Below are positions 39,326-49,395 of a DNA stretch of 64,000 nt, piece after piece. This stretch comes from Acidiferrobacteraceae bacterium (GTDB lineage: Bacteria > Pseudomonadota > Gammaproteobacteria > Acidiferrobacterales > SZUA-150), in NCBI GenBank assembly GCA_003228915.1, contig QIGL01000102.1:3519-67518 (forward strand), in the 5' to 3' direction. A model generated the notes under the pieces. The model searched no databases and was not told where the DNA came from. It worked only from the letters and a program-made list of their open reading frames with translations. How positions within the stretch are numbered: position 1 is the stretch's first letter; each line of letters opens with the position of its first letter. Made by a program: the position numbers and the translations under genes.

Positions 39326-40225
39326 TTAGTGTAAAACATACGCGCCATAACCCACGACACGGTCATGCTCACCTGATACGTCACCTGAATTTTGCAGGGC
39401 GAGATTCTGTATTTGAAGGTTTTTTTTCCTGGCAAAATATAATAACCCGTTTAACGGGTTGCGGCCGCAAGCGTCCCCGTAATTAATATTTTCATAATCC
39501 AGGTTTTTGATGAATACATTGGTATTTCGATCATGGCTGGTTGCATTTTCATAAGTTTCAAAATGACTTAAATCCGTGCTAATGACCAGCAGGGTGTTCC
39601 GATCCCCGGATACATTATTAGAAAAAAAATTTAACACGGTATAAACATCTTCCGGGCTGGTCTCGCCAACCACAATGGGTACCAGTTTAAATTCACCTAA
39701 CACCTCTTGCAAAAAAGGCAACTGCACTTCCAGGCTGTGCTCAAGCGCATGGGCATCGTTATTGACGACTACCTGGGGCAATGAACCCAAGTGCGTGTTC
39801 GCTGCTTTATCCAGGGGGATAGTGCCGAGTGGTGTCTGGAAATTGTCTGCTGAAGATAGGGCCATACCCCGCAACGCAACTCTATGGGCAGGACCGAGCA
39901 ATACTACCCGGTTAATTTCATTCGCTGATGGTTGAATGCTGGCATAGGCCCGGGCGGCCACCTGGCCAGAATAGACATACCCCGCATGGGGCACAATGAG
40001 TGCGTCAGGATTTTTTATTAATGCCACGTTTGCCAGATTATTTGACGCGGCCGATGCTGAAAGCATTTCCCTGACCATGTCGCGCAGTGCAACCGGATTA
40101 GAAGGGTAAAAAGTACCTGCTACAGCTGGACTACGGTCGGTCGACAATCGCCCCCCCCCTTCATGCTCACGATGAGTTAACGATATGGGGCCAGAGAAGT
40201 AAAATTCAAGAGAAGTGAAATTCAA
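39326..40225 (-). CDS. MEMO1-family protein (AmmeMemoRadiSam system protein B type)
   Basis: PAVAGTFYP and VPHAGYVYSG motifs. Confidence 0.8.
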   Translation of the reverse strand: MNFTSLEFYFSGPISLTHREHEGGGRLSTDRSPAVAGTFYPSNPVALRDMVREMLSASAASNNLANVALIKNPDALIVPHAGYVYSGQVAARAYASIQPSANEINRVVLLGPAHRVALRGMALSSADNFQTPLGTIPLDKAANTHLGSLPQVVVNNDAHALEHSLEVQLPFLQEVLGEFKLVPIVVGETSPEDVYTVLNFFSNNVSGDRNTLLVISTDLSHFETYENATSHDRNTNVFIKNLDYENINYGDACGRNPLNGLLYFARKKNLQIQNLALQNSGDVSGEHDRVVGYGAYVLH

Positions 40226-40341
40226 GATTCTCTATTCACTGAGATTGCAGTTAAAACTTGAACTGGCCACAGACAATCATCATTATGATATAGGTAAGCG
40301 TGATAAAGATAGCGCCACATTCATAAAGTTTCGAGAAAATA

Positions 40342-41418
40342 ATGGACAGTATTATCCCGACAAAATATTGGCACCAAACTGATGATGGACGCATCCAGTG
40401 TGACGTTTGCCCGCGCGCCTGCAAACTACATGAAGGCCAGCAAGGCCTGTGTTATGTGCGCGCCTGTTTAAATAATGAAATTGTCCTCACCACTTACGGT
40501 CGCTCCAGTGGTTTTTGCGTCGACCCTGTTGAGAAAAAGCCACTCAATCATTTTATGCCGGGTACTGGCACACTGTCGTTTGGCACTGCCGGTTGTAACC
40601 TGGCATGTAAATTCTGCCAAAACTGGGATATCAGCAAATCAAGAGAAATGGATACCCTGGCAGATGAAGCCGCACCGGAAAAAATTGCCGCTGTTGCTAA
40701 ATCAGCAGGCGCCAAAAGCGTTTCTTTTACCTATAACGATCCCGTTATTTTTATGGAGTACGCAATAGATGTTGCCAGGGCCTGCCATACCCTGGGTCTG
40801 AAAACGATTGCGGTCAGTGCCGGTTACATTTGCCCGGAACCGCGCAAGGCGTTCTTCAGTTATATCGATGCAGTCAACATTGATTTAAAAGCATTCACCG
40901 ATGAATTTTATTTTAAACAAACGGGCGCCCACCTGGCACCAGTACTGGAGACACTGGAATATATAAAGAATGAAACCAGTGTCTGGCTGGAAATCACCAC
41001 CCTGCTAATACCCGGGCTCAATGATTCGGATACTGAAATCAATGCCCTCAGCCAGTGGATTAAAAATCATCTTGGACCTGATGTTCCCCTGCACTTTTCA
41101 GCCTATCATCCCGACTGGAAAATGCGTGCCATTCCCGCCACCCCCGCAGACACCCTGGTACGGGCGCGCAGTATTGCCCTCAAGAACGGTTTGCATTATG
41201 TCTATACGGGAAATATCCACAATGAAGAAGGGGACAGCAGTTACTGTCATCATTGCGGCAAAAAAGTAATTGGCCGGGACTGGTATAAGCTCACTGACTG
41301 GCACCTGGACAAGAAAGGAAACTGCGAGGTCTGCAATGCGAGTTTTGCGGGCGTAATTCTTCCGGCCCCGGGAGACTGGGGCCCGCGACGACTACCGATA
41401 CAAATGAAATATCAGTGA
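40342..41418 (+). CDS. AmmeMemoRadiSam-system radical SAM enzyme
   Basis: CNLACKFCQNW (CxxxCxxC) cluster, additional N-terminal CDVCPRAC and C-terminal CHHC...CEVC cysteines; divergent from the Memo gene. Confidence 0.8.
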   Translation: MDSIIPTKYWHQTDDGRIQCDVCPRACKLHEGQQGLCYVRACLNNEIVLTTYGRSSGFCVDPVEKKPLNHFMPGTGTLSFGTAGCNLACKFCQNWDISKSREMDTLADEAAPEKIAAVAKSAGAKSVSFTYNDPVIFMEYAIDVARACHTLGLKTIAVSAGYICPEPRKAFFSYIDAVNIDLKAFTDEFYFKQTGAHLAPVLETLEYIKNETSVWLEITTLLIPGLNDSDTEINALSQWIKNHLGPDVPLHFSAYHPDWKMRAIPATPADTLVRARSIALKNGLHYVYTGNIHNEEGDSSYCHHCGKKVIGRDWYKLTDWHLDKKGNCEVCNASFAGVILPAPGDWGPRRLPIQMKYQ

Positions 41419-41496
41419 GCAATCTTCTGCCATAATAAAAAACCAAAAATAACAAAAACCAATATCAGTTACAGTTTCTTTCAATCGTTACTTATT

Positions 41497-41733
41497 GTCA
41501 CTGCTGTCCCGTTAACTCCCTCTCCCTCAGGGAGAGGGTAGGGGTGAGGGGGTCATTACAAGTAACGCGTTGATTTATATATCCCCTCATCCTGGCCTTC
41601 TCCCTAAGGGAGAAGGGATGGCTCCGTTTATTGGTTGCATGAATTCATGTCCCAATATCATGTATCACATTGTTTGTCCTGATAATTAGACTATTACAGC
41701 TTATCAAGATTATATTAACGGGACAGCAGTGAC
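41497..41733. mobile_element. MITE-like element with 19-bp perfect terminal inverted repeats
   Basis: gtcactgctgtcccgttaa (41497-41515) is the exact reverse complement of 41715-41733; internal palindromes ccctctccctcagggagaggg and ccttctccctaagggagaagg; no ORF. Confidence 0.7.
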
Positions 41734-41826
41734 TTAATTATATAACATAAATATATGACACATCTTCATATCGTGATGGGTATATAATACCGACATAAAA
41801 TCAGCATAAATTCATTTTAAAAAATC

Positions 41827-42315
41827 ATGGCAACTCAAAAAAAATCACCCAATAATCCCAGAACTGGTTATAAAGCCCCTGACTGCAATCTCCTGACCAC
41901 AGGCGATAAAGCTTTCAAGCTGTCAACACTGCGGGGCAGCCGCGTTGTATTATATTTTTACCCAAGGGATAACACTTCAGGCTGCACAACTGAGGGGCAA
42001 GACTTCAGGGACTATGCCGAAAAATTCAAACGTAACAATACGATCATACTGGGCGTTTCCCGGGACAGCCTTGAATCCCATGAAAAATTCAAGAAAAAAT
42101 ATAAATTTTCTTTCGATCTTGTCAGCGATCCCGATGAAATTCTCTGTAAAAAATATGATGTTATTAAAATGAAAAATATGTACGGTAAAAAATCCCTGGG
42201 TCTCGAAAGAAGCACGTTTATTATTGATGAAACCGGCACCCTGGTAAAAGAATTCAGAAAAGTCAGGGTTAATGGCCACGTGGCAGCTGTGTTTGAGGTC
42301 ATTAAAGCCCTCTAG
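41827..42315 (+). CDS. bcp: Thioredoxin-dependent thiol peroxidase (Bcp-type peroxiredoxin)
   Basis: YFYPRDNTSGCTTE peroxidatic Cys context; 162 aa. Confidence 0.85.
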   Translation: MATQKKSPNNPRTGYKAPDCNLLTTGDKAFKLSTLRGSRVVLYFYPRDNTSGCTTEGQDFRDYAEKFKRNNTIILGVSRDSLESHEKFKKKYKFSFDLVSDPDEILCKKYDVIKMKNMYGKKSLGLERSTFIIDETGTLVKEFRKVRVNGHVAAVFEVIKAL

Positions 42316-42405
42316 TGGAACTGTTTTAAATTTAAATGCATACTGGGTCTATCTAAGAAACCTGAATGACCCTGGTTTATCTCGTACTCGTAAAATTAAT
42401 TTATT

Positions 42406-43797
42406 TTGAAACCTTCTAATAAGAAAATTTTTGTCCTCGACACCAATGTGTTGATGCACGACCCTGCTTCCATTTTCAGATTCCAGGAGCATGATGTTTA
42501 TATTACAATTGCTGTATTAGAAGAACTTGATAAACACAAAAGAGGGCTTTCTGAAGTCGCCAGAAATGTCCGCCAGGCAACCCGTTATCTCGATGACCTG
42601 GCAAAAACTGCAAACGGGGATATTTCCAAAGGCATTCCGCTTTCCCAACAGCTGGATAAAAGCTCTGGCGGTAACCTGTACTTTTATGTTGAAGCCTCAC
42701 GCAGTCCACTGCCTGCCGGACTGGAGATTGCGGGTACAGATAATGCCCTGCTTGGCATCACCCATGATCTTGACAAGCATCACCCGGATAATGAAGTCAT
42801 CCTTGTAACCAAGGATATCAACTTGCGTATCAAGGCCCACGCATTACATATCCAGTGTGAAGATTACACGAGTGACCAGGTAGTAGAAGACGCCGATTTA
42901 CTGCACACAGGCACAACCTGTCTCGCTAATGATTTCTGGGATGAACATGGCAAGGAAATGGAGTCATGGCAAGAAGAAGGACGGACATTCTACCGAATAA
43001 CCGGCCCACTGATAACAAGCTGGCACCCAAATGAATTTATCTATACTGAAGACGACAGTTTCCAGGCCATTGTCAAAGAAATCAAAAATGATTCTGCCGT
43101 TATCGAAACTCCGAAAGATTACACCTCGGATAACAACAGTGTTTGGGGAATCGTTGCCCGTAACAGGGAGCAGAACTATGCTTTGAACCTGTTACTGGAT
43201 CCGGAAATTGATTTTGTCTCTTTACTTGGCGCTGCAGGCACCGGTAAAACACTGTTATCCCTTGCGGCCGGGCTGACACAGACCCTGGAACATAAAATAT
43301 ATAATGAGATAATTGTTACCCGGGTAACCATACCCGTCGGTGAAGACATTGGTTATTTGCCCGGCACGGAAGAGGAAAAAATGGGCCCCTGGATGGGCGC
43401 ACTGGAAGACAATCTTGAAGTACTGCAAAACTTCCAGCAACAGGAACATGGGTCATGGGGCCGGGCAGTGACCGAAGATTTGCTAAAACAAAGAATTCAC
43501 ATCAAGTCTGTTAGCTTTATGCGGGGCCGGACTTTTCTGCGCAAGTTATTAATAATTGACGAGGCACAAAACCTGAGCCCGCAACAAATAAAAACCCTGG
43601 TCACCCGGGCCGGGCCTGAAAGTAAAATCATTTGCCTGGGCAATTTGTCACAAATCGATACCCCTTATCTCACGGAAACCACCAATGGCCTGGCCTATGT
43701 CGTCGATCGTTTCCGCCAATGGCAACACAGTGGACATATTACATTACAACGTGGCGAGCGCTCGCGCCTGGCGGATTTTGCAAACGAAGCCTTGTAA
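42406..43797 (+). CDS. PhoH-like ATPase with N-terminal PIN domain (YlaK-type); TTG start
   Basis: FVLDTNVLMHD PIN start; Walker A GAAGTGKT; IIDEAQN Walker B; ORF begins with TTG at 42406. Confidence 0.8.
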   Translation: MKPSNKKIFVLDTNVLMHDPASIFRFQEHDVYITIAVLEELDKHKRGLSEVARNVRQATRYLDDLAKTANGDISKGIPLSQQLDKSSGGNLYFYVEASRSPLPAGLEIAGTDNALLGITHDLDKHHPDNEVILVTKDINLRIKAHALHIQCEDYTSDQVVEDADLLHTGTTCLANDFWDEHGKEMESWQEEGRTFYRITGPLITSWHPNEFIYTEDDSFQAIVKEIKNDSAVIETPKDYTSDNNSVWGIVARNREQNYALNLLLDPEIDFVSLLGAAGTGKTLLSLAAGLTQTLEHKIYNEIIVTRVTIPVGEDIGYLPGTEEEKMGPWMGALEDNLEVLQNFQQQEHGSWGRAVTEDLLKQRIHIKSVSFMRGRTFLRKLLIIDEAQNLSPQQIKTLVTRAGPESKIICLGNLSQIDTPYLTETTNGLAYVVDRFRQWQHSGHITLQRGERSRLADFANEAL

Positions 43798-43835
43798 ATA
43801 AATAAAAATCAGACTACTGCTACAGACATCATGGA

Positions 43836-44192
43836 TTAGATTTTTTCTTTTTTAGCCGCCTGCAAGACTTCATATCGATCCTGAAATAATTTTTCGAGTT
43901 TATCGATTACTTCTTTGGCAGGTTTGCCACCGACAATATTCTGTGACATCAGCTCCGAGGTTTGGCTTAACATGTCAGAGGGCTCCAGCATTGGATAAGT
44001 CTGGGTTAGTCGCTGGATGGCTTTGACCACGGACTCTGTTGCGGGCCTGGTGATATCTTGCCGGGCCAGCCCGGTTCGATCCTCGCCATAGCGCTGAAAA
44101 AGAAACTCGCCGAACTCCAGTAATTGCCGGGCCTGCTTTTCAGGCAAAGCGTTTATGATTTCTTTTAAACGAGACTGCAGATTTTTAGCCAT
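43836..44192 (-). CDS. Hypothetical protein with DUF2281-like N-terminal motif
   Basis: INALPEKQARQLLEFGEFL resembles the LP..Q.E.LDF.EFL pattern; 118 aa. Confidence 0.45.
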   Translation of the reverse strand: MAKNLQSRLKEIINALPEKQARQLLEFGEFLFQRYGEDRTGLARQDITRPATESVVKAIQRLTQTYPMLEPSDMLSQTSELMSQNIVGGKPAKEVIDKLEKLFQDRYEVLQAAKKEKI

Positions 44193-44221
44193 TACCAGGT
44201 AACGAATGGACTGGGTAAGCG

Positions 44222-45133
44222 TTAGCCGTCTTGTGACGAACGTTTTTCACAATGATCGCGGGCGAACTCCATAAACTCTTCCATGGCGCGCAAGCGAAAT
44301 TTTTGGCGCTGATGGACGATTGAAAATGGCCGTTCAAGATTTGGCTCCAGGGGAATCGCCGCCAGGGTCTCCAGTTTTATTTCTTTATGGACGGTCGCAC
44401 TTGAAACAATTGAAATACCAAGACCAGCCTCGACCGCACTCTTGACCGCTTCCGGGCTGCCGACTTCCAGGCTGATATTATACTCTTGCAGGGATATGCC
44501 ATTTTCAAATAAATGATTACGAATAAACTCCAGGGTACCCGACCCCTCTTCGCGCATAATAAATGGCAAATCAGCCAGGGCCTCTGGTTTAATCACTTTT
44601 TCTTTTGCCAGGGGATGATCAGGCGGACAAATAAATACCAGCTGGTCATGCCAGCAAACTTCCACGGCCAGGTTTTTATTCGAAATCGGTGACTCGACCA
44701 CCCCGACATCAACCGTATTATTTTCCACCATATGAACCACGCCCATGGAATTGGACACATTCAGGCGAATATTAACGCTTGGGTATAATTGCTTGAATTC
44801 ACCCAACAGGCTCGGCAGGACATATTCTGCAATCGTGGTACTGGCCCCGATGACAAGAATGCCACTGACATCGCCGGTCATTTCGCGGACACGATTATCC
44901 ATTTCGTTGTAGAGCTCGATAATACGATCTGAATATTCAAACACGCGCTCACCCGCCGCCGTCAGGTTGATTCGGTTATGGGTCCGGTCAAACAGGCGGG
45001 TATTGAAAAATTCCTCCAGCTGGCGAATTTGAAAAGTGACTGCTGGCTGGGTCATGTGCAGGGTTTCCGCTGCCTTGGTAAAACTAAGCAAACGCGCAAC
45101 GGTATGAAATACTTGAAGCCGACGATCGGCCAT
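44222..45133 (-). CDS. LysR-family transcriptional regulator
   Basis: FTKAAETLHMTQPAVTFQIRQLE HTH; 303 aa. Confidence 0.85.
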   Translation of the reverse strand: MADRRLQVFHTVARLLSFTKAAETLHMTQPAVTFQIRQLEEFFNTRLFDRTHNRINLTAAGERVFEYSDRIIELYNEMDNRVREMTGDVSGILVIGASTTIAEYVLPSLLGEFKQLYPSVNIRLNVSNSMGVVHMVENNTVDVGVVESPISNKNLAVEVCWHDQLVFICPPDHPLAKEKVIKPEALADLPFIMREEGSGTLEFIRNHLFENGISLQEYNISLEVGSPEAVKSAVEAGLGISIVSSATVHKEIKLETLAAIPLEPNLERPFSIVHQRQKFRLRAMEEFMEFARDHCEKRSSQDG

Positions 45134-45278
45134 AAGATGCCCCCAGTGTTATGACAGGTGTTATGACAGGTATAAATTCATGGCCGAAATAAAAGGCGCA
45201 TGATTCATTAATTATTCTTATAGAGAGCAGTATGACCCAGTTTAGCCGCGGGCTCCAGTGGCGACACTTTTATGAGCC

Positions 45279-46385
45279 CTAAAACCCTTCCAGTTTGAGC
45301 TTGAGGTCGGTCGGGCTACTGGCATATTGCAAGGCCGTTTCTTCATCAATGGTGCCCCTTTTGACCAGGTCATAGAGGCTGTTGTCAAAACTCATCATAC
45401 CTTCGGCCTTGGTGCCTTTTTTCACGACATCGCCTAATTCTTTCATTTTAAGGGGATCAAGAATTAATTCACGACACAGGGCAGAGACCGTCATTACCTC
45501 GGTTGCCACCGTCCTGCCCGTGCCGCCCACCTTGGGCACCAGGCGCTGGGAAATAATCCCGCGCAGGTTCTGGGATATCTTGGCGCGAACACTCTGCTGC
45601 GCTTCCGGTGGAAAGGCGGTCACGATCCGGGAAATGGTCTCTGCGGTTGCCGGTGAATGAACAGTCGACAGCACCAGGTGGCCGGTTTCAGAAGCAGTCA
45701 AGGCCGTTTCAATGGTTTCCGGATCACGCATTTCGCCCAGTAGTATCACGTCGGGATCTTCACGCATGGCCGCGCGCATGGCATCGGCAAAGGTATTGGT
45801 ATCAATGCCAATTTCACGCTGGGTAATAATGCATTTCTTTTCCGTGAATAAAAATTCAATGGGGTCTTCGATGGTAATAATGTGCTTGGCTTTGGCGACA
45901 TTAATCACATTCAGCAAGGCCGCCAGGGAGGTAGATTTACCAGAACCGGTGGCACCGGTGAACAAGACCAGTCCCCGTTCGTGCTGGAGCAAGGGCAATA
46001 CAATATCCGGCAGACCCAGCTCCTGGGGACTGGGAATGACACTGCTAATCACACGTAACACCATGCCAATACTGCCGCGCTGATAAAAAATATTGGCACG
46101 TACCCGGCCAATGTCCTTAAAACCGATGGATAAATCCACCTGGCGCTTGTTATCAAATTCATCTGAATTGCGGGGCGTCATCATGGTCCGGGCCAGTCGT
46201 TCCATAAAATCAGCCGGAAATGGTGTAATGTCTTTGACCGGCCTTAAAACACCATCGACACGCAGGATCGGGTGATTCTTGGTGCGCATGTGAATATCAG
46301 ACGCCTTGTGGCGTACCGCCAGGGCCAGTATTTGTCCCAGGACTTTAAGGGGATCATCGATTGCTGCGCTTGCCGCTGTACTCAT
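45279..46385 (-). CDS. Type IV pilus retraction ATPase, PilT/PilU family
   Basis: Walker A GATGSGKST, ITIEDPIEF, His-box region; 368 aa. Confidence 0.85.
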   Translation of the reverse strand: MSTAASAAIDDPLKVLGQILALAVRHKASDIHMRTKNHPILRVDGVLRPVKDITPFPADFMERLARTMMTPRNSDEFDNKRQVDLSIGFKDIGRVRANIFYQRGSIGMVLRVISSVIPSPQELGLPDIVLPLLQHERGLVLFTGATGSGKSTSLAALLNVINVAKAKHIITIEDPIEFLFTEKKCIITQREIGIDTNTFADAMRAAMREDPDVILLGEMRDPETIETALTASETGHLVLSTVHSPATAETISRIVTAFPPEAQQSVRAKISQNLRGIISQRLVPKVGGTGRTVATEVMTVSALCRELILDPLKMKELGDVVKKGTKAEGMMSFDNSLYDLVKRGTIDEETALQYASSPTDLKLKLEGF

Positions 46386-46506
46386 GGTCTGTCTCTTTAT
46401 TATTGTCTAATTACTTCGTTAATCATTATATAGGGTAATTCAAGCAACAGTTTGGCCAACATGCAATGTCCAATCAATAATAATTGATTATGGGGGTTTT
46501 TATCCT

Positions 46507-46723
46507 GTAAAGAGCCGAATGGCACTGGCTTAAACAAAAAGCACCGTCATTCTGCGCGAAACGAAGTGCAGACCCGGAATCCAGAGGTTTAAAACATTGT
46601 CGGTTGGTCGCATGGGTAACATTCACGAGGCCGGTCGATGGCATACCCTGGATTCCCGTTGCCACGGGAATGACACTGCTCCACATCTCCTGGGCTTAAG
46701 TCAGTGCCATTCAGTAAAGAGCC
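46507..46723. mobile_element. MITE-like element: 17-bp TIRs flanked by a 10-bp direct repeat, with nested hairpin repeats
   Basis: gtaaagagcc at 46507-46516 and 46714-46723; gaatggcactggcttaa (46517-46533) vs ttaagtcagtgccattc (46696-46712), 16/17 complementary; contains attcccgttgccacgggaat (46652-46671). Confidence 0.65.
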
Positions 46724-46741
46724 CGGTTAAAAATCTGGCAT

Positions 46742-46776
46742 AAAAAAAGGGCCGAAACACAGTTTCGGCCCTTTTT
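46742..46776 (-). terminator. Rho-independent (bidirectional-looking) terminator after the FadL-like gene
   Basis: gggccgaaac-aca-gtttcggccc stem-loop flanked by A7 and T5 runs. Confidence 0.8.
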
Positions 46777-46805
46777 GTCTCACTTAGTTCTTTCTAATAA
46801 TTAAC

Positions 46806-48365
46806 TTAGTAGGTAAAGCTATACACTAATTGCCAGTTCGTTTGGCCATGGGTAATATCGATTTTATCTCCAAATGCGCCCGTACCAGCATTGGTTACTT
46901 GGCCATAATCCGTTGTCTGATCAACTGCAGGTGCGAATGCCAGTGAAAAATCGATGGCGTGGGCCTTGGTAAACCCATAGCCAAAGCCCAGGGTGATGTG
47001 ATTTTTAACGATGGCCGGGAACAACGGGTTTAAGTATTCATCAGGCACCGGGTTATTAGCGAGATTCAAGCCCCCTCTTAGGGTAAATGCTTCAGTGAAC
47101 TTATATCCTGCACCCAATAACAGCACGTTCTGGTCTTTCCAGTCCTGGTAGAGCGTCATGTCCATTTGGGTACCGCCAAATTGAGCGCCTGAGGTCGCGT
47201 CTGCCTGGCCTGCATCTGCAGTAAACACCATGGAAAAATCTTGCATTACCTTGGACCAGTTTAGCCTTTTATAATCAGCAACCAACAAAAGCTTTTGGGT
47301 CGCCTCGAAAGCTACACCAATGCCAATTATTTCAGGCCATTGAAAGTCTTTTACTCTTACCTTGCCTTTAAGATCAATGACCCGAGCCGCACCGACGGTA
47401 CCCACCGCAGCATCATTAGCATTAACACTAAATGACACGTTAGCATCAGATGATTTCATGTCCCCCAAGCTTGTTTTACTCTGGTAAGTAGCACCAAGTC
47501 TGAATGTCGGGCTGAATTTATAAACAGCACCTAACTTACCGGCAAGCCCAGTACTGCCTGCCGACCCGGTAAAATCACTGCTATCAGAAAAATCAACACG
47601 ACCCCAGTTCACGCCCCCATCAGGATCTAAACCGGGAGCAACGAAGCCGCCAAAGGTATTTATCAGGCTGCCACTGACAGTCCCGAATTGGTTATTGCCG
47701 CCAAAGCTCGGCCCAACTAAATCGGCGAACTGGAGACCGCTGAGATCCATTTGTATGTCCATGCCACCCCAGACAAAATCCACGGAACCGCCCATGGTAA
47801 AGTTATTGGTCACGTCGTAGGTAAGGGGGATAACCAAGCGACCGACGCCGACTTCTGAACGAACCGTTTGGCCAGAGTAAGCATTAGGAGCTGTTGGATT
47901 CGGACCATTTCCGGTCATGAACTTACCATTGTCATATTCAGTACCCATGCCACCCTGGGAGAATATGCCAACACCATAACTCATTCTGCCTTTTTTTTGT
48001 GCCCAGCCTACGGCAGGCATAAAAAATGAATCTGCCGAAGAGGTTTCTTTTCCGCTTGGTGATTCAGATGTAATGGCAGGCCTCAGGTTACCGACCCCGA
48101 CCTCCAGTTTGCTTTCGCCATCTTCCATCAGGCCCAGCGTGGCCGGGTTACTCATGACTGCCCCGGTACCGTTATCGTAAGCCATGGCAGCACCGCCCAT
48201 GCCTGTAGATATCGCGCCATAACCCTCCATGTTCATACCATTGGTGGCCGAGCTGATTTGCGGGATAGTCATCAGGCTTGCCGTGGCAAGCACGAGTATA
48301 GATTTCAGCACAGGTCTGGATGTGCTGAATTTTTTTGGACTAAATATATTTGGCGTGTTTAGCAT
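46806..48365 (-). CDS. FadL/TodX-family outer-membrane hydrophobic-compound channel (start at the ATG at 48365)
   Basis: gaggagga RBS before the ATG at 48365; signal peptide; GYGAISTGMGGAAMAY N-terminal hatch motif; C-terminal aromatic residue. Confidence 0.75.
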   Translation of the reverse strand: MLNTPNIFSPKKFSTSRPVLKSILVLATASLMTIPQISSATNGMNMEGYGAISTGMGGAAMAYDNGTGAVMSNPATLGLMEDGESKLEVGVGNLRPAITSESPSGKETSSADSFFMPAVGWAQKKGRMSYGVGIFSQGGMGTEYDNGKFMTGNGPNPTAPNAYSGQTVRSEVGVGRLVIPLTYDVTNNFTMGGSVDFVWGGMDIQMDLSGLQFADLVGPSFGGNNQFGTVSGSLINTFGGFVAPGLDPDGGVNWGRVDFSDSSDFTGSAGSTGLAGKLGAVYKFSPTFRLGATYQSKTSLGDMKSSDANVSFSVNANDAAVGTVGAARVIDLKGKVRVKDFQWPEIIGIGVAFEATQKLLLVADYKRLNWSKVMQDFSMVFTADAGQADATSGAQFGGTQMDMTLYQDWKDQNVLLLGAGYKFTEAFTLRGGLNLANNPVPDEYLNPLFPAIVKNHITLGFGYGFTKAHAIDFSLAFAPAVDQTTDYGQVTNAGTGAFGDKIDITHGQTNWQLVYSFTY

Positions 48366-48738
48366 GTTTCTCCTCCTCAGAAGTCCGATCACAATGAATA
48401 TTTTTTGTCTTTAACTGTCTGGATAGTTGTATTCCCGAATCCCTATATTATTCTGTTCCTGGAGTTTCGAATATTACCCCGTGTCCTACGAGCTACAAAC
48501 CGACACATTATTATTTTATTGATTTTATTATTTTTAAAGTGATATCAGTGATAGTTAATAATTCCTTAAGTTAGCAATTACTTATGGAAGCTTACCTCCT
48601 GTGTTTTCATGTATCTGTGATTATTGTTACTTAACCCTAACAAAATTTTTTTTATGACGAGTACAATATACAATATTAAAAAATATTAATAACTCATTTT
48701 TTAACAAAACCGTTTAAAATAACCAAAAATCAAACAAT

Positions 48739-48767
48739 AAAAAAGAGACATTTCTGTCTCTTTTTTA
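48739..48767 (-). terminator. Rho-independent terminator after the DsrE-family gene
   Basis: agagaca-tttc-tgtctct stem-loop with flanking A/T runs. Confidence 0.7.
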
Positions 48768-48801
48768 TTTTCTTCATACTTAACATGTTTCGGTCTGGTT
48801 T

Positions 48802-49281
48802 TTAAACAAACAGTGACACGTCCGAATCGCCGGCAAAACCCATAAACGTCGAGGCCCCGCCAAATGTTACACCGTCAATAAAATCGCTTGGTTTAAAATC
48901 AAACAGGTCAACCGTCATTTGACAGCCAATCATTCTAACGCCGGCCTCAAGACTCAGGCTGCGTAACTCGTCAACACTGGCCACGCCCTTTGATTTCATT
49001 TTTTGTTTCATCATCATGGTCATGACGCTTTCCATGCCAGGCAGTGCTGTGCCCAGTACCGGAAACCATTTATCCATGGCCATGGGCATGGGCATACCAG
49101 GATTGCCCAATGGGCTGACCTTGAGATTGAGGTCTTTTTTCAAAAGCTGGAGACCGTAGAATGTAAAAAAGATCTCGACTTCATAACCCAGGGCAGCGGC
49201 TGTGGAAGCCAGGATAAACGGGGGATAGGCCCAATCCAGCGTGCCCTTGGTTGCGATTAAAGCCATTTTCTTATCTGCCAT
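48802..49281 (-). CDS. DsrE/DsrF-like family sulfur-relay protein (soluble, COG2210-like)
   Basis: 159 aa; ALIATKGTLDWAYPPFILASTAA N-terminus typical of this family; downstream of tusA. Confidence 0.65.
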   Translation of the reverse strand: MADKKMALIATKGTLDWAYPPFILASTAAALGYEVEIFFTFYGLQLLKKDLNLKVSPLGNPGMPMPMAMDKWFPVLGTALPGMESVMTMMMKQKMKSKGVASVDELRSLSLEAGVRMIGCQMTVDLFDFKPSDFIDGVTFGGASTFMGFAGDSDVSLFV

Positions 49282-49395
49282 ATTTCTCTCCTGGTACGTT
49301 CTGTTGGTAGTTCTGTTAATTTTTTCTTTATTATGAGTTACAAATTAACCAATGCTAAAGAAAACCTCGAAACAACAAAAAAGCGAGCTAACAAG

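Noticed and set aside
46474-46686. 70-aa ORF in the pilT-fadL intergenic region
   Set aside because: It runs across the MITE-like element and its hairpin repeat (translation contains IPVATGIQ), so it is a repeat-derived artefact.
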